A DNA stretch of 64,000 nt from Halarcobacter sp. (GTDB taxonomy: Bacteria; Campylobacterota; Campylobacteria; Campylobacterales; Arcobacteraceae). The first letter of the stretch is position 1, and the number at the start of each line of letters is the position of its first letter. A model generated the notes under the pieces. It saw only the letters and a list, made by a program, of their open reading frames with translations. It made no database searches and was not told the origin of the DNA. Below, in pieces: positions 19,421 through 29,467 of this stretch. The stretch spans positions 1,024,001 to 1,088,000 of the forward strand of contig OY781089.1 in the NCBI GenBank assembly GCA_963676565.1. Reading direction: 5' to 3'. The position numbers were made by a program, and so were the translations under genes.

Positions 19421-20399
19421 GGGAAAGTCAATTAATAAAATCAAAAATAAAGAAGTTCTAACAATAGGAAGATACTTCAGAGAAAAATTTGGTGAAACAG
19501 TTTATAAAACTCCTATATCAATATCAGGATTTACTTGTCCTAATATTGATGGTACTGTTGCAAAGGGTGGATGCACCTTTTGTGAAAATGATTCCTTTTC
19601 ACCAAATTTGCAAGAGAAAAAACCAAGCTTTAAACTTAATCCTAGAGTTAAAGAAAATCCTTTTTTAGATAATCAATTAAAACAATTAGAACTACAATTT
19701 AATGCAACAAAACAAAGACTTAGTAATAAATTTGGTGCAAATAAATTTATAGTATATTTTCAATCTTTTACAAACACTTATGCTCCTATTGAAACATTAA
19801 AAGCTTTATATACAAAAGCACTTTCTTTTGATAATGTAATAGGTCTTTCAATTGGAACAAGAACTGATTGTATGACAGATGAAATTTTAGATTTTTTGGA
19901 AGAATTGAATAAAGATAAAGAGATTTGGGTTGAATATGGAATTCAATCTTTTTATGATGAAACCTTGGAAAAAATTAATAGGGGTGATGATTCATCAAAT
20001 ATGTTTAAATGGATTAACAAAACTAAACAAAGAGGTTTGAAAGTTTGCGGGCATTTAATTTATGGACTTCCTGGAGAAGACCAAAAAATGATGTTAGATA
20101 GTTTTGAAAAAACCCTTGAGTTAAAAGTAGATTCCATTAAATTTCATCCTTTATATGTAGTAAAAAATACTTTATTAACAAAAGATTATAAAAAAGGAAA
20201 TTTTACACCAATATCTGAAGACTTATATGTTGATACTGTAGTTAAATCAATCAAAAATTTACCAGATAATGTGTCAGTTCAAAGGGTTACTGCTGGAATT
20301 GATGATTCTACTTTATTGTCACCAATGTGGTGTAAAGACAAACATTCTCAAATAAGTAAGATTAGAAAAGCTTTAATAAAAGAGGGATTAAAGTATTAG
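19392..20399 (+). CDS. TIGR01212 (YhcC-like) radical SAM protein; start uncertain (TTG 19392 or ATT 19431)
   Basis: GFTCPNIDGT..GGCTFC, YFQSFTNTY, IGTRTDC, KFHPL. Confidence 0.9.
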   Translation: MTVTISLENKGKSINKIKNKEVLTIGRYFREKFGETVYKTPISISGFTCPNIDGTVAKGGCTFCENDSFSPNLQEKKPSFKLNPRVKENPFLDNQLKQLELQFNATKQRLSNKFGANKFIVYFQSFTNTYAPIETLKALYTKALSFDNVIGLSIGTRTDCMTDEILDFLEELNKDKEIWVEYGIQSFYDETLEKINRGDDSSNMFKWINKTKQRGLKVCGHLIYGLPGEDQKMMLDSFEKTLELKVDSIKFHPLYVVKNTLLTKDYKKGNFTPISEDLYVDTVVKSIKNLPDNVSVQRVTAGIDDSTLLSPMWCKDKHSQISKIRKALIKEGLKY

Positions 20400-20403
20400 A
20401 AGT

Positions 20404-20429
20404 AATACTAAGAGATAACTCTTAGTATT
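20404..20429. terminator. Bidirectional hairpin between convergent genes
   Basis: AATACTAAGAG-ataa-CTCTTAGTATT. Confidence 0.7.
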
Positions 20430-21328
20430 TATTTATCAAGTTTAAGTAGATAGTCAACTACATTTTCAATAAATGCATCATGCTTTCTATCTTTTCTATA
20501 GGCAATATATAACTTTCTTGTCATTTTGTGATTACCAATTCTTGATTCATATAACGCACCTGCATTAATTAATGACTCAATTGCATTTCTTGAAACAATT
20601 GAAACTGTAGGAGTATCATCTTTATCTGAGTGTAAAACTGTTTGAACAATAGTTGTTGCACTTGTAACTTCACTTGTTACATTAAATGTATCACAATCAG
20701 GATAATTAGCTTTATCTAAAACATCTTTGAAAATATGTCTTGTATGTGAATCTGGATTTCTACATACCCATCTATAAGATAATAAATCTTCTGCTTTTGC
20801 TTTTGCTGGAAGCTCTTGATTTGAGAAAATTACAATCTCATCATCCATCCATTCTCTATAGATAATATCTTCATCTGAAACGTAGTTTTCAACTAAAGCA
20901 ATATCAATCTTTTTATCCAATAGATCTTCAATAGCTTTATGGGAAACTGAAACATTAATAGAAACATCATTATTGATATTTTCTTTTAACTTATTTAAAA
21001 ATCTAGGTAAAATATAATTACCAATGATAAAAGAAGCACCAAATACAAAGGTAACATCTTTATTCATTATTTTTAATAACTCTTTTTCACCATTGTTAAC
21101 ACATCTTTCAATTTTTTGTGCGATAGCATATAGCATTTGACCCTCTTTTGTAAGTCTAATACCATTCTTCTTTCTATCAACAACTTGAACATCTAGATAG
21201 TTTTCAATATATCTCATTTGTTGTGTAACAGCTGGCTGAGAGATACCCAATTTAGAAGATGCTTTTGAAAATGATTTTTCCCTTACTACGGTCAAAAAAG
21301 TTTCTAATTTTGCGAAATCTGTAAGCAT
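20429..21328 (-). CDS. LysR-family transcriptional regulator
   Basis: SFSKASSKLGISQPAVTQQ HTH plus substrate-binding domain. Confidence 0.93.
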   Translation of the reverse strand: MLTDFAKLETFLTVVREKSFSKASSKLGISQPAVTQQMRYIENYLDVQVVDRKKNGIRLTKEGQMLYAIAQKIERCVNNGEKELLKIMNKDVTFVFGASFIIGNYILPRFLNKLKENINNDVSINVSVSHKAIEDLLDKKIDIALVENYVSDEDIIYREWMDDEIVIFSNQELPAKAKAEDLLSYRWVCRNPDSHTRHIFKDVLDKANYPDCDTFNVTSEVTSATTIVQTVLHSDKDDTPTVSIVSRNAIESLINAGALYESRIGNHKMTRKLYIAYRKDRKHDAFIENVVDYLLKLDK

Positions 21329-21478
21329 TCTTATAACCTTTAATAATATGTGATGATAATTATAACATTAGTTTATACATACAATTATTAAATGAATTAA
21401 TTCTTTTATGAAAAATTTGTTATAATATATATAATATTGAGCTATTTTTCTGGGTTTAGTATTAATATTGGAGATAAA

Positions 21479-23533
21479 ATGTCAGATAATTTTTTAAATT
21501 CGTTAAATGATTCACAAAAAGATGCTGCCGTTCATATAGATGGTTCATTACTTATTTTAGCAGGTGCAGGTTCAGGTAAAACAAAAACAATTACAACAAG
21601 GTTAGCTTATCTTATTTCAATAGGGATTGATCCCTCTTCCATATTAACATTAACCTTTACAAACAAAGCAGCTTCTGAGATGAGAGAAAGAGCATTTAGA
21701 ATGATTGACCCATCTATGATTAATACACCTCCATTACTTTGTACTTTCCATAAATTTGGCCTTTTATTTTTAAAATTCCATATGACTGAACTTGGAAGAA
21801 AAAACTCTTTTATAATAATTGACAATGATGATAAAAAAAGAATTTTAAAATCGATAGATAAAGAGATCACAACTTCACTTTTAGTTTCAGAAATTTCAAA
21901 ATATAAAAATACTTTAATAACTCCTAGTGAAGCTAAGGCAACTGCCCAATTAAAACTATATCAACAAATTGCAGATATTTATGAAAAATATGAAGCGTAT
22001 TTATTAAAAAACAATCTTGTTGATTTTGATGACTTACTTCTATTACCATATATGATTTTAGAAAAAAATGAAGAGTTGGCAAAAGAAACTAGTCAACGAT
22101 ATCAATATGTTATGGTAGATGAGTATCAAGATACAAATGAATTACAATATAAACTATTAAGAAAACTTTGTTGTACACACAATAATATTTGTGTTGTTGG
22201 TGATGATGACCAGTCTATTTATGGATGGCGTGGTGCAACTATTAAAAATATTTTAAATTTTTCAGATCATTTTGAAGGTACAAAGGTTGTAAAACTAGAG
22301 GAGAATTATCGTTCAACAAATACAATCTTAGAACATGCAAACCAACTTATTGAACACAATAGAGATAGATTAGGTAAGAAACTAATTGGAACTAGAAAAA
22401 AAGGTGATTCAGTAAGAGTATATGAATCACATGATGAAAATGAAGAAACTAGAAAACTAATTGATGATATTAGAAAACTTGTTGCTTCAGGTGAATCAGC
22501 TAGAGATATTGCAATTTTATTTAGGGTAAATGCCCTTTCTAGATCACTTGAAGAGGGCTTTAATAAAGCTGGTATTAGTTACAGGCTTATTGGTGGAATG
22601 AAATTCTACGAAAGAGCAGAGATTAAAGATTTAATTGCATATTTTAGAATCTTAACAAACACAACTGATAACTTTTCATTAAAAAGAATAATCAATAAAC
22701 CCAAAAGGGGAATTGGAAAAACTACAATTGATAAACTTGATGCAAAATCACTTGAAATTAAAAAACCAATTTTTACAATATTGGAAGAGTATAGCGCAGA
22801 TGAATTATCAGCCATTGTTGGGAAGAAAAACTCAAGAACTTTAAAAGTATTTATGGCCTCAATTATGGATTTGAGAGAGGCTTTAGAAGAATCAAAAATG
22901 AGATTTTTAGATTCCTTTGAAGATACTTTTGATTACAGAGCTTCTTATGATAATGTACCTGATGGTTTTGATAGACAAGCAAATATTGATGAATTTTATG
23001 GATATATTAGAGACTATTTTATCCAGAATCCTCATTTATCATTGGAAGATTTTTTAAATGAGATTGCCTTAGATTCAGAAAATAGTGAATTAACAGACCA
23101 AGCTGTTTCAATGATGTCTATTCACTCTGCAAAGGGTTTAGAATATAAACATCTTTTTATCATAGGTCTTGAAGAGGGATTTTTCCCAATTACCGGAGAT
23201 GGAAGTGATATTGAAGAGGAAAGAAGATTAGGTTATGTTGGAATAACTAGAGCTATGGATACTTTAACCATGTCTTTTGTTCATTCAAGATTTTACAAAG
23301 GGAAGAGGGCAACACTTTTAAAAAGTAGATTTTTAAGTGAAGCTGGACTTATAAAAGGTAGTTTGCAACTTGAAAAACACTCAAACTATAAAAAAGGTGA
23401 TTTAGTTCAACATAAAATTTTTGGAATGGGAAGAGTTCAAAAAGCAACTAAAGCAGGAAAAGATTATAAGTTAACCATAAATTTTGGTGGACAAAGAAGA
23501 GATATACTTTCAAGTTTTGTTGAAAAAATTTAG
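21479..23533 (+). CDS. uvrD: UvrD/PcrA/Rep ATP-dependent helicase
   Basis: AGAGSGKT, DEYQD, VGDDDQSIYGWRG, NYRS, EERRLGYV; GGAG SD before ATG at 21479. Confidence 0.93.
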   Translation: MSDNFLNSLNDSQKDAAVHIDGSLLILAGAGSGKTKTITTRLAYLISIGIDPSSILTLTFTNKAASEMRERAFRMIDPSMINTPPLLCTFHKFGLLFLKFHMTELGRKNSFIIIDNDDKKRILKSIDKEITTSLLVSEISKYKNTLITPSEAKATAQLKLYQQIADIYEKYEAYLLKNNLVDFDDLLLLPYMILEKNEELAKETSQRYQYVMVDEYQDTNELQYKLLRKLCCTHNNICVVGDDDQSIYGWRGATIKNILNFSDHFEGTKVVKLEENYRSTNTILEHANQLIEHNRDRLGKKLIGTRKKGDSVRVYESHDENEETRKLIDDIRKLVASGESARDIAILFRVNALSRSLEEGFNKAGISYRLIGGMKFYERAEIKDLIAYFRILTNTTDNFSLKRIINKPKRGIGKTTIDKLDAKSLEIKKPIFTILEEYSADELSAIVGKKNSRTLKVFMASIMDLREALEESKMRFLDSFEDTFDYRASYDNVPDGFDRQANIDEFYGYIRDYFIQNPHLSLEDFLNEIALDSENSELTDQAVSMMSIHSAKGLEYKHLFIIGLEEGFFPITGDGSDIEEERRLGYVGITRAMDTLTMSFVHSRFYKGKRATLLKSRFLSEAGLIKGSLQLEKHSNYKKGDLVQHKIFGMGRVQKATKAGKDYKLTINFGGQRRDILSSFVEKI

Positions 23534-23552
23534 AGATAAAATTTAAAAATTA

Positions 23553-24407
23553 ATGCAAAAAAAATTATACGATAATAAACAATTAAATAAATTAATTGTT
23601 GTAAATAAACCTATTTTTAGAAGTTCAAATTCATATTTAAATGAGATAAAAAGAAAATATAGAAATAAAAAAGCAGGATTTAGTGGAACCCTTGATCCTT
23701 TTGCTTGCGGATGTTTGATAGTTGCCTTTGGACAATATTCAAAACTATTTCAATTTTTGAAAAAAACACCTAAAACATATTGTGCTGTTATTTGGTTGGG
23801 TGCAACTTCACACTCCCTTGATATTGAAAATATTATTGATATAGAAGATGAACAAAAAGTTGATAAAACTTTATTAGAAAAAGAGATTAAAAATTTAGTT
23901 GGTACCCATGAATATTTTCCTCCAAAATTTTCAGCTAAAAAAATCGATGGTAAAAGAGCTTATGATTTAGCAAGGGAAGGTGTTGATGTTCAAATGAAAA
24001 AATCAACTATGGAAATCTTTGATACAAAGTTTATCTCTTATAAACATCCTTTTATTACATTTGAATCAACAGTTAGCGAAGGTTCATATATTAGAAGCTT
24101 AGCTCAGATATTACTTGAAAGATTAAATAGAAGAGGAACACTTTCATATCTTAATAGATTAAATGAAGGTGAATTTTTTTATGAAAATGAAAAAGATTTA
24201 AATCCTTTAGATTTTTTAGATTTAAAAGAAAATAAATATTTTGGAGATAAAAGCTATTTTTATAATGGAAAGAAAATACTTGTTGAGTATTTTCAATATA
24301 AAGAAGATGGAAAATACCTTGTAAAATTTGATGACTTTTTTAGTATAATCCAAATTGAAAATAAAGAAGTGAAATATTTATTAAATAAGGTATTGTATGG
24401 TTCGTAA
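23553..24407 (+). CDS. truB: tRNA pseudouridine(55) synthase
   Basis: GFSGTLDPFA, PPKFSAKKIDGKRAY, GSYIRSL. Confidence 0.95.
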   Translation: MQKKLYDNKQLNKLIVVNKPIFRSSNSYLNEIKRKYRNKKAGFSGTLDPFACGCLIVAFGQYSKLFQFLKKTPKTYCAVIWLGATSHSLDIENIIDIEDEQKVDKTLLEKEIKNLVGTHEYFPPKFSAKKIDGKRAYDLAREGVDVQMKKSTMEIFDTKFISYKHPFITFESTVSEGSYIRSLAQILLERLNRRGTLSYLNRLNEGEFFYENEKDLNPLDFLDLKENKYFGDKSYFYNGKKILVEYFQYKEDGKYLVKFDDFFSIIQIENKEVKYLLNKVLYGS

Positions 24408-25158
24408 GAGTTTTGCAAAAGTTAATATATTTTTAAAAATTGCTGGCAAAAGGAAAACTTACCACGAATTAGTTTCTAGATTTGTACGAGTTCATTCTTT
24501 ATATGATGTAATATCTTTTGAAGCAGGGGTTTTCAAAGACTTTACTCTTGTAGGAAAGTTTGGATGTGAAACTAAAAAAAATACAATATATAAAGCTTAT
24601 GAAAAATTAAAAGAGATTTCGCCAAGTGTTGAAGAGTATTTTAAAAAAAATTGTGTGATTGTTGATAAAAGAATTCCAGAGTTTGCAGGACTTGGTGGTG
24701 GAAGTTCTAATGCTGCAACATTTATGATTATGGCAAATGAACTTTGTGATTTAAATTTAACTAAAGATGAACTTTGTAATATTTCAGTACAAATAGGTGC
24801 AGATGTTCCATTCTTTGTATATGAGTATGATAGTGCAAATGTTACTGGAATTGGTGAAATAGTAGAGAAATTTGAAGAAGAGGTTTTAGATATTGAAGTT
24901 ATAACACCAAAAATTGAGTGTAATACAGGGCAAATTTTCAAAATATTTAGAGAAAAGTTTTATAAAGAGATTTCAGAAAATGAAAAAGAAAAACTTTTAT
25001 CTATGAATTCTAAAGATATATTGAATCATCTAGATATTATTGAAGCAAATGATTTGTTTGCACCAGCTAGTGATATTTATCCCCAATTAAATAGCTATAA
25101 TAAAGACAATTTCTACTTTAGTGGAAGTGGAAGTTCTTTTTTCAAAATTAAAGGTTAA
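24397..25158 (+). CDS. ispE: 4-(cytidine 5'-diphospho)-2-C-methyl-D-erythritol kinase
   Basis: [31 protein letters not shown]. Confidence 0.95.
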   Translation: MVRKSFAKVNIFLKIAGKRKTYHELVSRFVRVHSLYDVISFEAGVFKDFTLVGKFGCETKKNTIYKAYEKLKEISPSVEEYFKKNCVIVDKRIPEFAGLGGGSSNAATFMIMANELCDLNLTKDELCNISVQIGADVPFFVYEYDSANVTGIGEIVEKFEEEVLDIEVITPKIECNTGQIFKIFREKFYKEISENEKEKLLSMNSKDILNHLDIIEANDLFAPASDIYPQLNSYNKDNFYFSGSGSSFFKIKG

Positions 25159-25162
25159 CAAT

Positions 25163-25633
25163 ATGAGTAAAAAAGAAGCTAATAAAAATCAAGTTTTTAA
25201 AAATAGAAAAGCCTTTCATGATTATGAGATTTTAGAGACTTTAGAGGTTGGAATTGTTTTAGAGGGAAGTGAAGTAAAAGCAGCGAGGGAAGGAAGAGTA
25301 AATCTTAAAGATAGCTTTGTTAGAATAATCAAAAATGAAGTTTTTGTTTTAAACATGCATATTACACATTTGAGTACAACTCATTCAACTTATAGACCTA
25401 ATGAAAGAAGGGATAGAAAACTTTTATTACATAGAAAACAAATTGATAAGCTTTTTTCAAAGGTAACCAAAGATGGAATCACTTTAATTCCATTAAAGAT
25501 GTATTTTAATTCAAAGAATATGATTAAAATGCAAATTGCAACAGCAAAAGGTAAGAAACTTCACGATAAAAGGGAAGACTTAAAAGAAAAATCAATGAAT
25601 AGAGATATTCAAAGAGCCTTAAAAAACTATTAA
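25163..25633 (+). CDS. smpB: SsrA-binding protein
   Basis: [31 protein letters not shown] at 25163 chosen after an AAGG SD. Confidence 0.96.
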   Translation: MSKKEANKNQVFKNRKAFHDYEILETLEVGIVLEGSEVKAAREGRVNLKDSFVRIIKNEVFVLNMHITHLSTTHSTYRPNERRDRKLLLHRKQIDKLFSKVTKDGITLIPLKMYFNSKNMIKMQIATAKGKKLHDKREDLKEKSMNRDIQRALKNY

Positions 25634-25781
25634 AATATTATTTTTATGAAACTTTTATACAAAAAATAGGCTATTATCTAAAATTAAATAAAACTTAAAA
25701 AAAAATATTTAATAAATTATTAAATAGAAGTGTTAATTTTTTGTTAATTTTAAGTTTTTCTTCGTTAAGATAACCGGATAA

Positions 25782-25797
25782 GTGACAAAAAAGTGAC
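25782..25797 (-). promoter_or_regulatory. Perfect GTCAC-N6-GTCAC direct repeat upstream of ccoN
   Basis: Plus strand GTGAC-aaaaaa-GTGAC, just downstream of a TAAGAT -10-like hexamer. Confidence 0.5.
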
Positions 25798-25824
25798 TTT
25801 AAAAAAATTAGTAGGAGGAGATTG

Positions 25825-27291
25825 ATGCAAAACGGTGCACGAATCGAGTATGATTACTCAATTGCAAAAGCGTTTACATTTGCAACAATTCTGTTTGGTA
25901 TCATTGGTATGACTGTTGGTGTTATACTTGCATTTCAACTTGCGTTTCCAAGTTTAAACAACTTAGCAGGTGAATATGGTACATTCAGTAGATTAAGACC
26001 TTTACACACAAATGGTGTTGCTTTTGGTTTTACTCTTAGTGGTATCTTTGCTACATGGTATTATGTATCGCAAAGAATTTTAAAAGTATCTCTTAAAGAG
26101 TCTCCATTTTTATTAGCAATAGGTAAATTACACTTTGTTCTTTACTTTATTACTATTCTTTTAGCAGTTGTAACTTTATTTATGGGTATTACAACTTCAA
26201 AAGAGTATGCTGAATTAGAATGGCCTTTAGATATTCTTATTGTTGTTTGGTGGGTACTATGGGGTATCTCAATTTTTGGAATGATTGGTATTAGAAGAGA
26301 AAGAACTCTATATATTTCTATGTGGTACTATATTGCATGTTTTATCGCAGTTGCAATGTTACACCTATTTAATAATATGGAAGTTCCAACTGCTCTAGTT
26401 TCTGGATATGGTTCATGGATTCACTCAGTATCTATGTATGCTGGTACAAATGATGCCTTAGTTCAGTGGTGGTATGGACATAATGCTGTTGCATTCGTAT
26501 TTACAACACCAATTATTGCTATGATTTACTATTTCTTACCAAAAGAATCAGGACAAAATGTTTACTCATATAAGTTATCTATTTTAGCTTTCTGGGGATT
26601 AATGTTCGTATATCTTTGGGCTGGTGGACACCACTTAGTATATTCTACTGTTCCAGATTGGATGCAAACTATGGGTTCTGTAATGTCTGTTGTATTAATT
26701 TTACCATCATGGGGATCTGCTATTAATATGCTTTTAACTATGAAAGGTGAGTGGCAACAATTACAAACTAATACACTAATTAAATTTATGGTATTAGCTT
26801 CGACATTCTATATGTTATCGACAATTGAAGGACCAATTCAATCAATCAAATCTGTTAATGCTATTGCTCACTTTACTGACTGGATTCCAGGTCACGTACA
26901 TGATGGTGTTTTAGGATGGGTTGTATTCATGATTATGGCTGCATTATTCCATATGGCACCAAGAATGTTTGGTAGAGAGATTTACTCTAAATCGTTAATG
27001 GATACTCAATTCTGGTTACAAACAACTGGTATTGTTTTATACTTTACATCTATGTGGATTGCAGGTATTACTCAAGGTATGATGTGGAGAGCATATGATG
27101 AATATGGTTCATTAGTTTACTCTTTCATTGATACTGTAACTGTATTACATCCATATTATACAATTAGAGCTGTTGGTGGGTTATTATACCTAATCGGATT
27201 CTTTATGTTCGCATACAATATGTACAAAACTGCAACTGCAGGTAGAGTACTTGATAAAGAACCAGTAAATGCTTCGCCAGTAGCAGCGTAA
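25825..27291 (+). CDS. ccoN: cbb3-type cytochrome c oxidase subunit I
   Basis: RLRPLHTN, QWWYGHNAV, WAGGHH, GHVH; AGGAGG SD. Confidence 0.98.
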   Translation: MQNGARIEYDYSIAKAFTFATILFGIIGMTVGVILAFQLAFPSLNNLAGEYGTFSRLRPLHTNGVAFGFTLSGIFATWYYVSQRILKVSLKESPFLLAIGKLHFVLYFITILLAVVTLFMGITTSKEYAELEWPLDILIVVWWVLWGISIFGMIGIRRERTLYISMWYYIACFIAVAMLHLFNNMEVPTALVSGYGSWIHSVSMYAGTNDALVQWWYGHNAVAFVFTTPIIAMIYYFLPKESGQNVYSYKLSILAFWGLMFVYLWAGGHHLVYSTVPDWMQTMGSVMSVVLILPSWGSAINMLLTMKGEWQQLQTNTLIKFMVLASTFYMLSTIEGPIQSIKSVNAIAHFTDWIPGHVHDGVLGWVVFMIMAALFHMAPRMFGREIYSKSLMDTQFWLQTTGIVLYFTSMWIAGITQGMMWRAYDEYGSLVYSFIDTVTVLHPYYTIRAVGGLLYLIGFFMFAYNMYKTATAGRVLDKEPVNASPVAA

Positions 27292-27307
27292 GAAGGAGGG
27301 TAAGATT

Positions 27308-27991
27308 ATGTTTCATTGGTTTGAACAAAGACCGTTTTTCTTTTCGGTACTATTATTTATATTCGTTGCGTTTGCAGGTATTGTAGAAGTTATTCCTGAT
27401 TTTGCTAAGCAATCAAGACCAACTCTTGGTACAAAGCCATACTCTGTTCTTGAATTAGCAGGAAGACATGTTTACATTAAAGATTCTTGTAATGCTTGTC
27501 ACTCACAGTTAATTAGACCATTTAAATCAGAAACTGATAGATATGGTATGTATTCACTATCTGGTGAGTATGCATATGATAGACCATTTCTTTGGGGATC
27601 AAAAAGAACTGGTCCAGATTTAATGAGAGTTGGTAATTATAGAACTACTGATTGGCACGAGAATCACATGATGGATCCAGCTTCAGTTGTACCAGGTTCA
27701 ATTATGCCTGCGTACCCACATCATTTTACAAACATGGCTGATTTAGATACAGCTTATGGTGAAGCTTATACAGTTAAAAATGTATTTAATACTCCATATG
27801 ATGTAGATATTGATGGTGATGGAAAAGTTGATGTAGAACTAGGTGATTATGAAACAGCTATTGCAAAAGCTAAAGAAGAAGCAAAAGCAATCGCTGCAGA
27901 TATGAAAAATCAAGCTGTAAAAGACGCCGTAGCTAACGGTCAAGTTCCTGAAATTGTTGCATTAATTGCATATTTAAATTCTTTAAAATAA
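27308..27991 (+). CDS. ccoO: cbb3-type oxidase subunit II (monoheme)
   Basis: CNACHSQ, WGSKRTGPDL, SIMPAY. Confidence 0.97.
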   Translation: MFHWFEQRPFFFSVLLFIFVAFAGIVEVIPDFAKQSRPTLGTKPYSVLELAGRHVYIKDSCNACHSQLIRPFKSETDRYGMYSLSGEYAYDRPFLWGSKRTGPDLMRVGNYRTTDWHENHMMDPASVVPGSIMPAYPHHFTNMADLDTAYGEAYTVKNVFNTPYDVDIDGDGKVDVELGDYETAIAKAKEEAKAIAADMKNQAVKDAVANGQVPEIVALIAYLNSLK

Positions 27992-28000
27992 GAGGTTAAA

Positions 28001-28225
28001 ATGGATCAAGAAACTCTGCTTACTATACAAGGATATGCGAAATTTTTCCTAATCCTTGTTGTATTCATCGTATTTTATTCTTATGCATTTTCTATGTATA
28101 GAAGACAAAAAAAAGGTGAAAGAGATTTTGAAAAGTATTCAGATCTAGTACACGATGATAGTATAGCAGCTGATCCTCTCGAAAAAAGAAAAGAAGAACA
28201 AGAGAAAAAAGAGAAGGAGATATAA
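28001..28225 (+). CDS. ccoQ: cbb3-type oxidase small subunit
   Basis: Single TM helix, positioned between ccoO and ccoP. Confidence 0.88.
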   Translation: MDQETLLTIQGYAKFFLILVVFIVFYSYAFSMYRRQKKGERDFEKYSDLVHDDSIAADPLEKRKEEQEKKEKEI

Positions 28226-28227
28226 TT

Positions 28228-29121
28228 ATGAAATCTATGGTTATAGGTGGAATTATTCTTATCGTTGCTCTAATCGCAGGAACTTACATAGTTGCAGGTG
28301 ATGCTTTAAGCAGCGATATTTCAATAGAAAGTAGTTTAACATTCTTAGGTGCAATTTGTGTAATTACTATTACTGTATTTGTAGCACTTAAATATGTTAA
28401 TCAAATTAAAAATGACACAGCTAGTGGTGAACTATCTGAAGAAGCTTGGGATGGAATTGGTGAATATAAAAATGAAATCCCTACTGGATGGGCTTTAGCT
28501 TTTGTTGGTACTATGGTTTGGTTAGTATGGTACTGGACAGTAGGTTATCCAACAAATGGTTTCTCACAAATTGGTCAATGGAATGAAGAAGTTAATGAGT
28601 ATAATGCAAGATTTGAATCTAAATGGGAAAACCCAACTAATGATACTTTAGTTGCAATGGGTGAATCAACATTCTTAGTTCAATGTGCACCTTGTCATGG
28701 TGTTGATGCTGAAGGTATCAATGGAAAAGCTCATAACTTAACAAAAAGATTTAGTAAAGAGCAAGTTGTTCATGTTATTAAAAATGGTGCAAATAGTTTA
28801 AAAACTGCATATCCTGCAGGTATGCCTCCAATGATGTTAACTGAAGAGAAAGATATCAATGAAGTAGCTGAGTATGTTGCAGGTGGATTCAAAGGTGAAC
28901 AACCAGCTATGTATTCTGTATGTGCTGGATGTCATGGTGCTGATGGTGCTGGTATGGCATTTGTTGCTCCAAATATCAAAGCATATGATGATGCTTTAGT
29001 TACTGCAGTTTTAACTGATGGTAAAAAAGGAAGCATTGGTATGATGCCAAGTTTCAAAGGTAGATTGAACGAAACTCAAGAAAAAGCACTAGCTGCTTAT
29101 ATTAGAAGTTTAGGAGAGTAA
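28228..29121 (+). CDS. ccoP: cbb3-type oxidase subunit III (diheme)
   Basis: WDGIGEY motif; CAPCH and CAGCH heme sites. Confidence 0.95.
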   Translation: MKSMVIGGIILIVALIAGTYIVAGDALSSDISIESSLTFLGAICVITITVFVALKYVNQIKNDTASGELSEEAWDGIGEYKNEIPTGWALAFVGTMVWLVWYWTVGYPTNGFSQIGQWNEEVNEYNARFESKWENPTNDTLVAMGESTFLVQCAPCHGVDAEGINGKAHNLTKRFSKEQVVHVIKNGANSLKTAYPAGMPPMMLTEEKDINEVAEYVAGGFKGEQPAMYSVCAGCHGADGAGMAFVAPNIKAYDDALVTAVLTDGKKGSIGMMPSFKGRLNETQEKALAAYIRSLGE

Positions 29122-29122
29122 G

Positions 29123-29362
29123 ATGGCTGGAAACACTCAAATGAATGATAACGAAAGAGGATTATTTTCTCTAATGCACGGAATCACAGGAATGTTAATA
29201 GCAGTAGTATTACTTTTAACTATTCTTGCAGTTTTAGTTTTCAACGCAGTTGTGGTACAACAAAGAGAAGCACAAAACTTCTATAAAGTAAACCAAGATT
29301 TAAATGGTTTAAAAGCTGTTGATAGAAGTAACCACAAGCAATATGAATTAGTTGGGAAATAA
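29123..29362 (+). CDS. DUF4006-type small membrane protein, cbb3 operon
   Basis: ERGLFSLMHGITGMLIAVVLLL pattern; position after ccoP. Confidence 0.8.
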   Translation: MAGNTQMNDNERGLFSLMHGITGMLIAVVLLLTILAVLVFNAVVVQQREAQNFYKVNQDLNGLKAVDRSNHKQYELVGK

Positions 29363-29371
29363 GGAGACACA

Positions 29372-29467
29372 ATGTTATACAGATTAATTTGGCTAGGTAT
29401 GGGAATCATGGCAGTTTTATCAATCTATTTAGGTTTCTTTGATTCAACTAGAGTATTCGTTGGTTAA
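29372..29467 (+). CDS. 31-aa single-TM small protein (not in ORF track)
   Basis: AAGGAG SD, ATG at 29372, MLYRLIWLGMGIMAVLSIYLGFFDSTRVFVG*, stop overlaps next start (TAATG). Confidence 0.8.
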   Translation: MLYRLIWLGMGIMAVLSIYLGFFDSTRVFVG

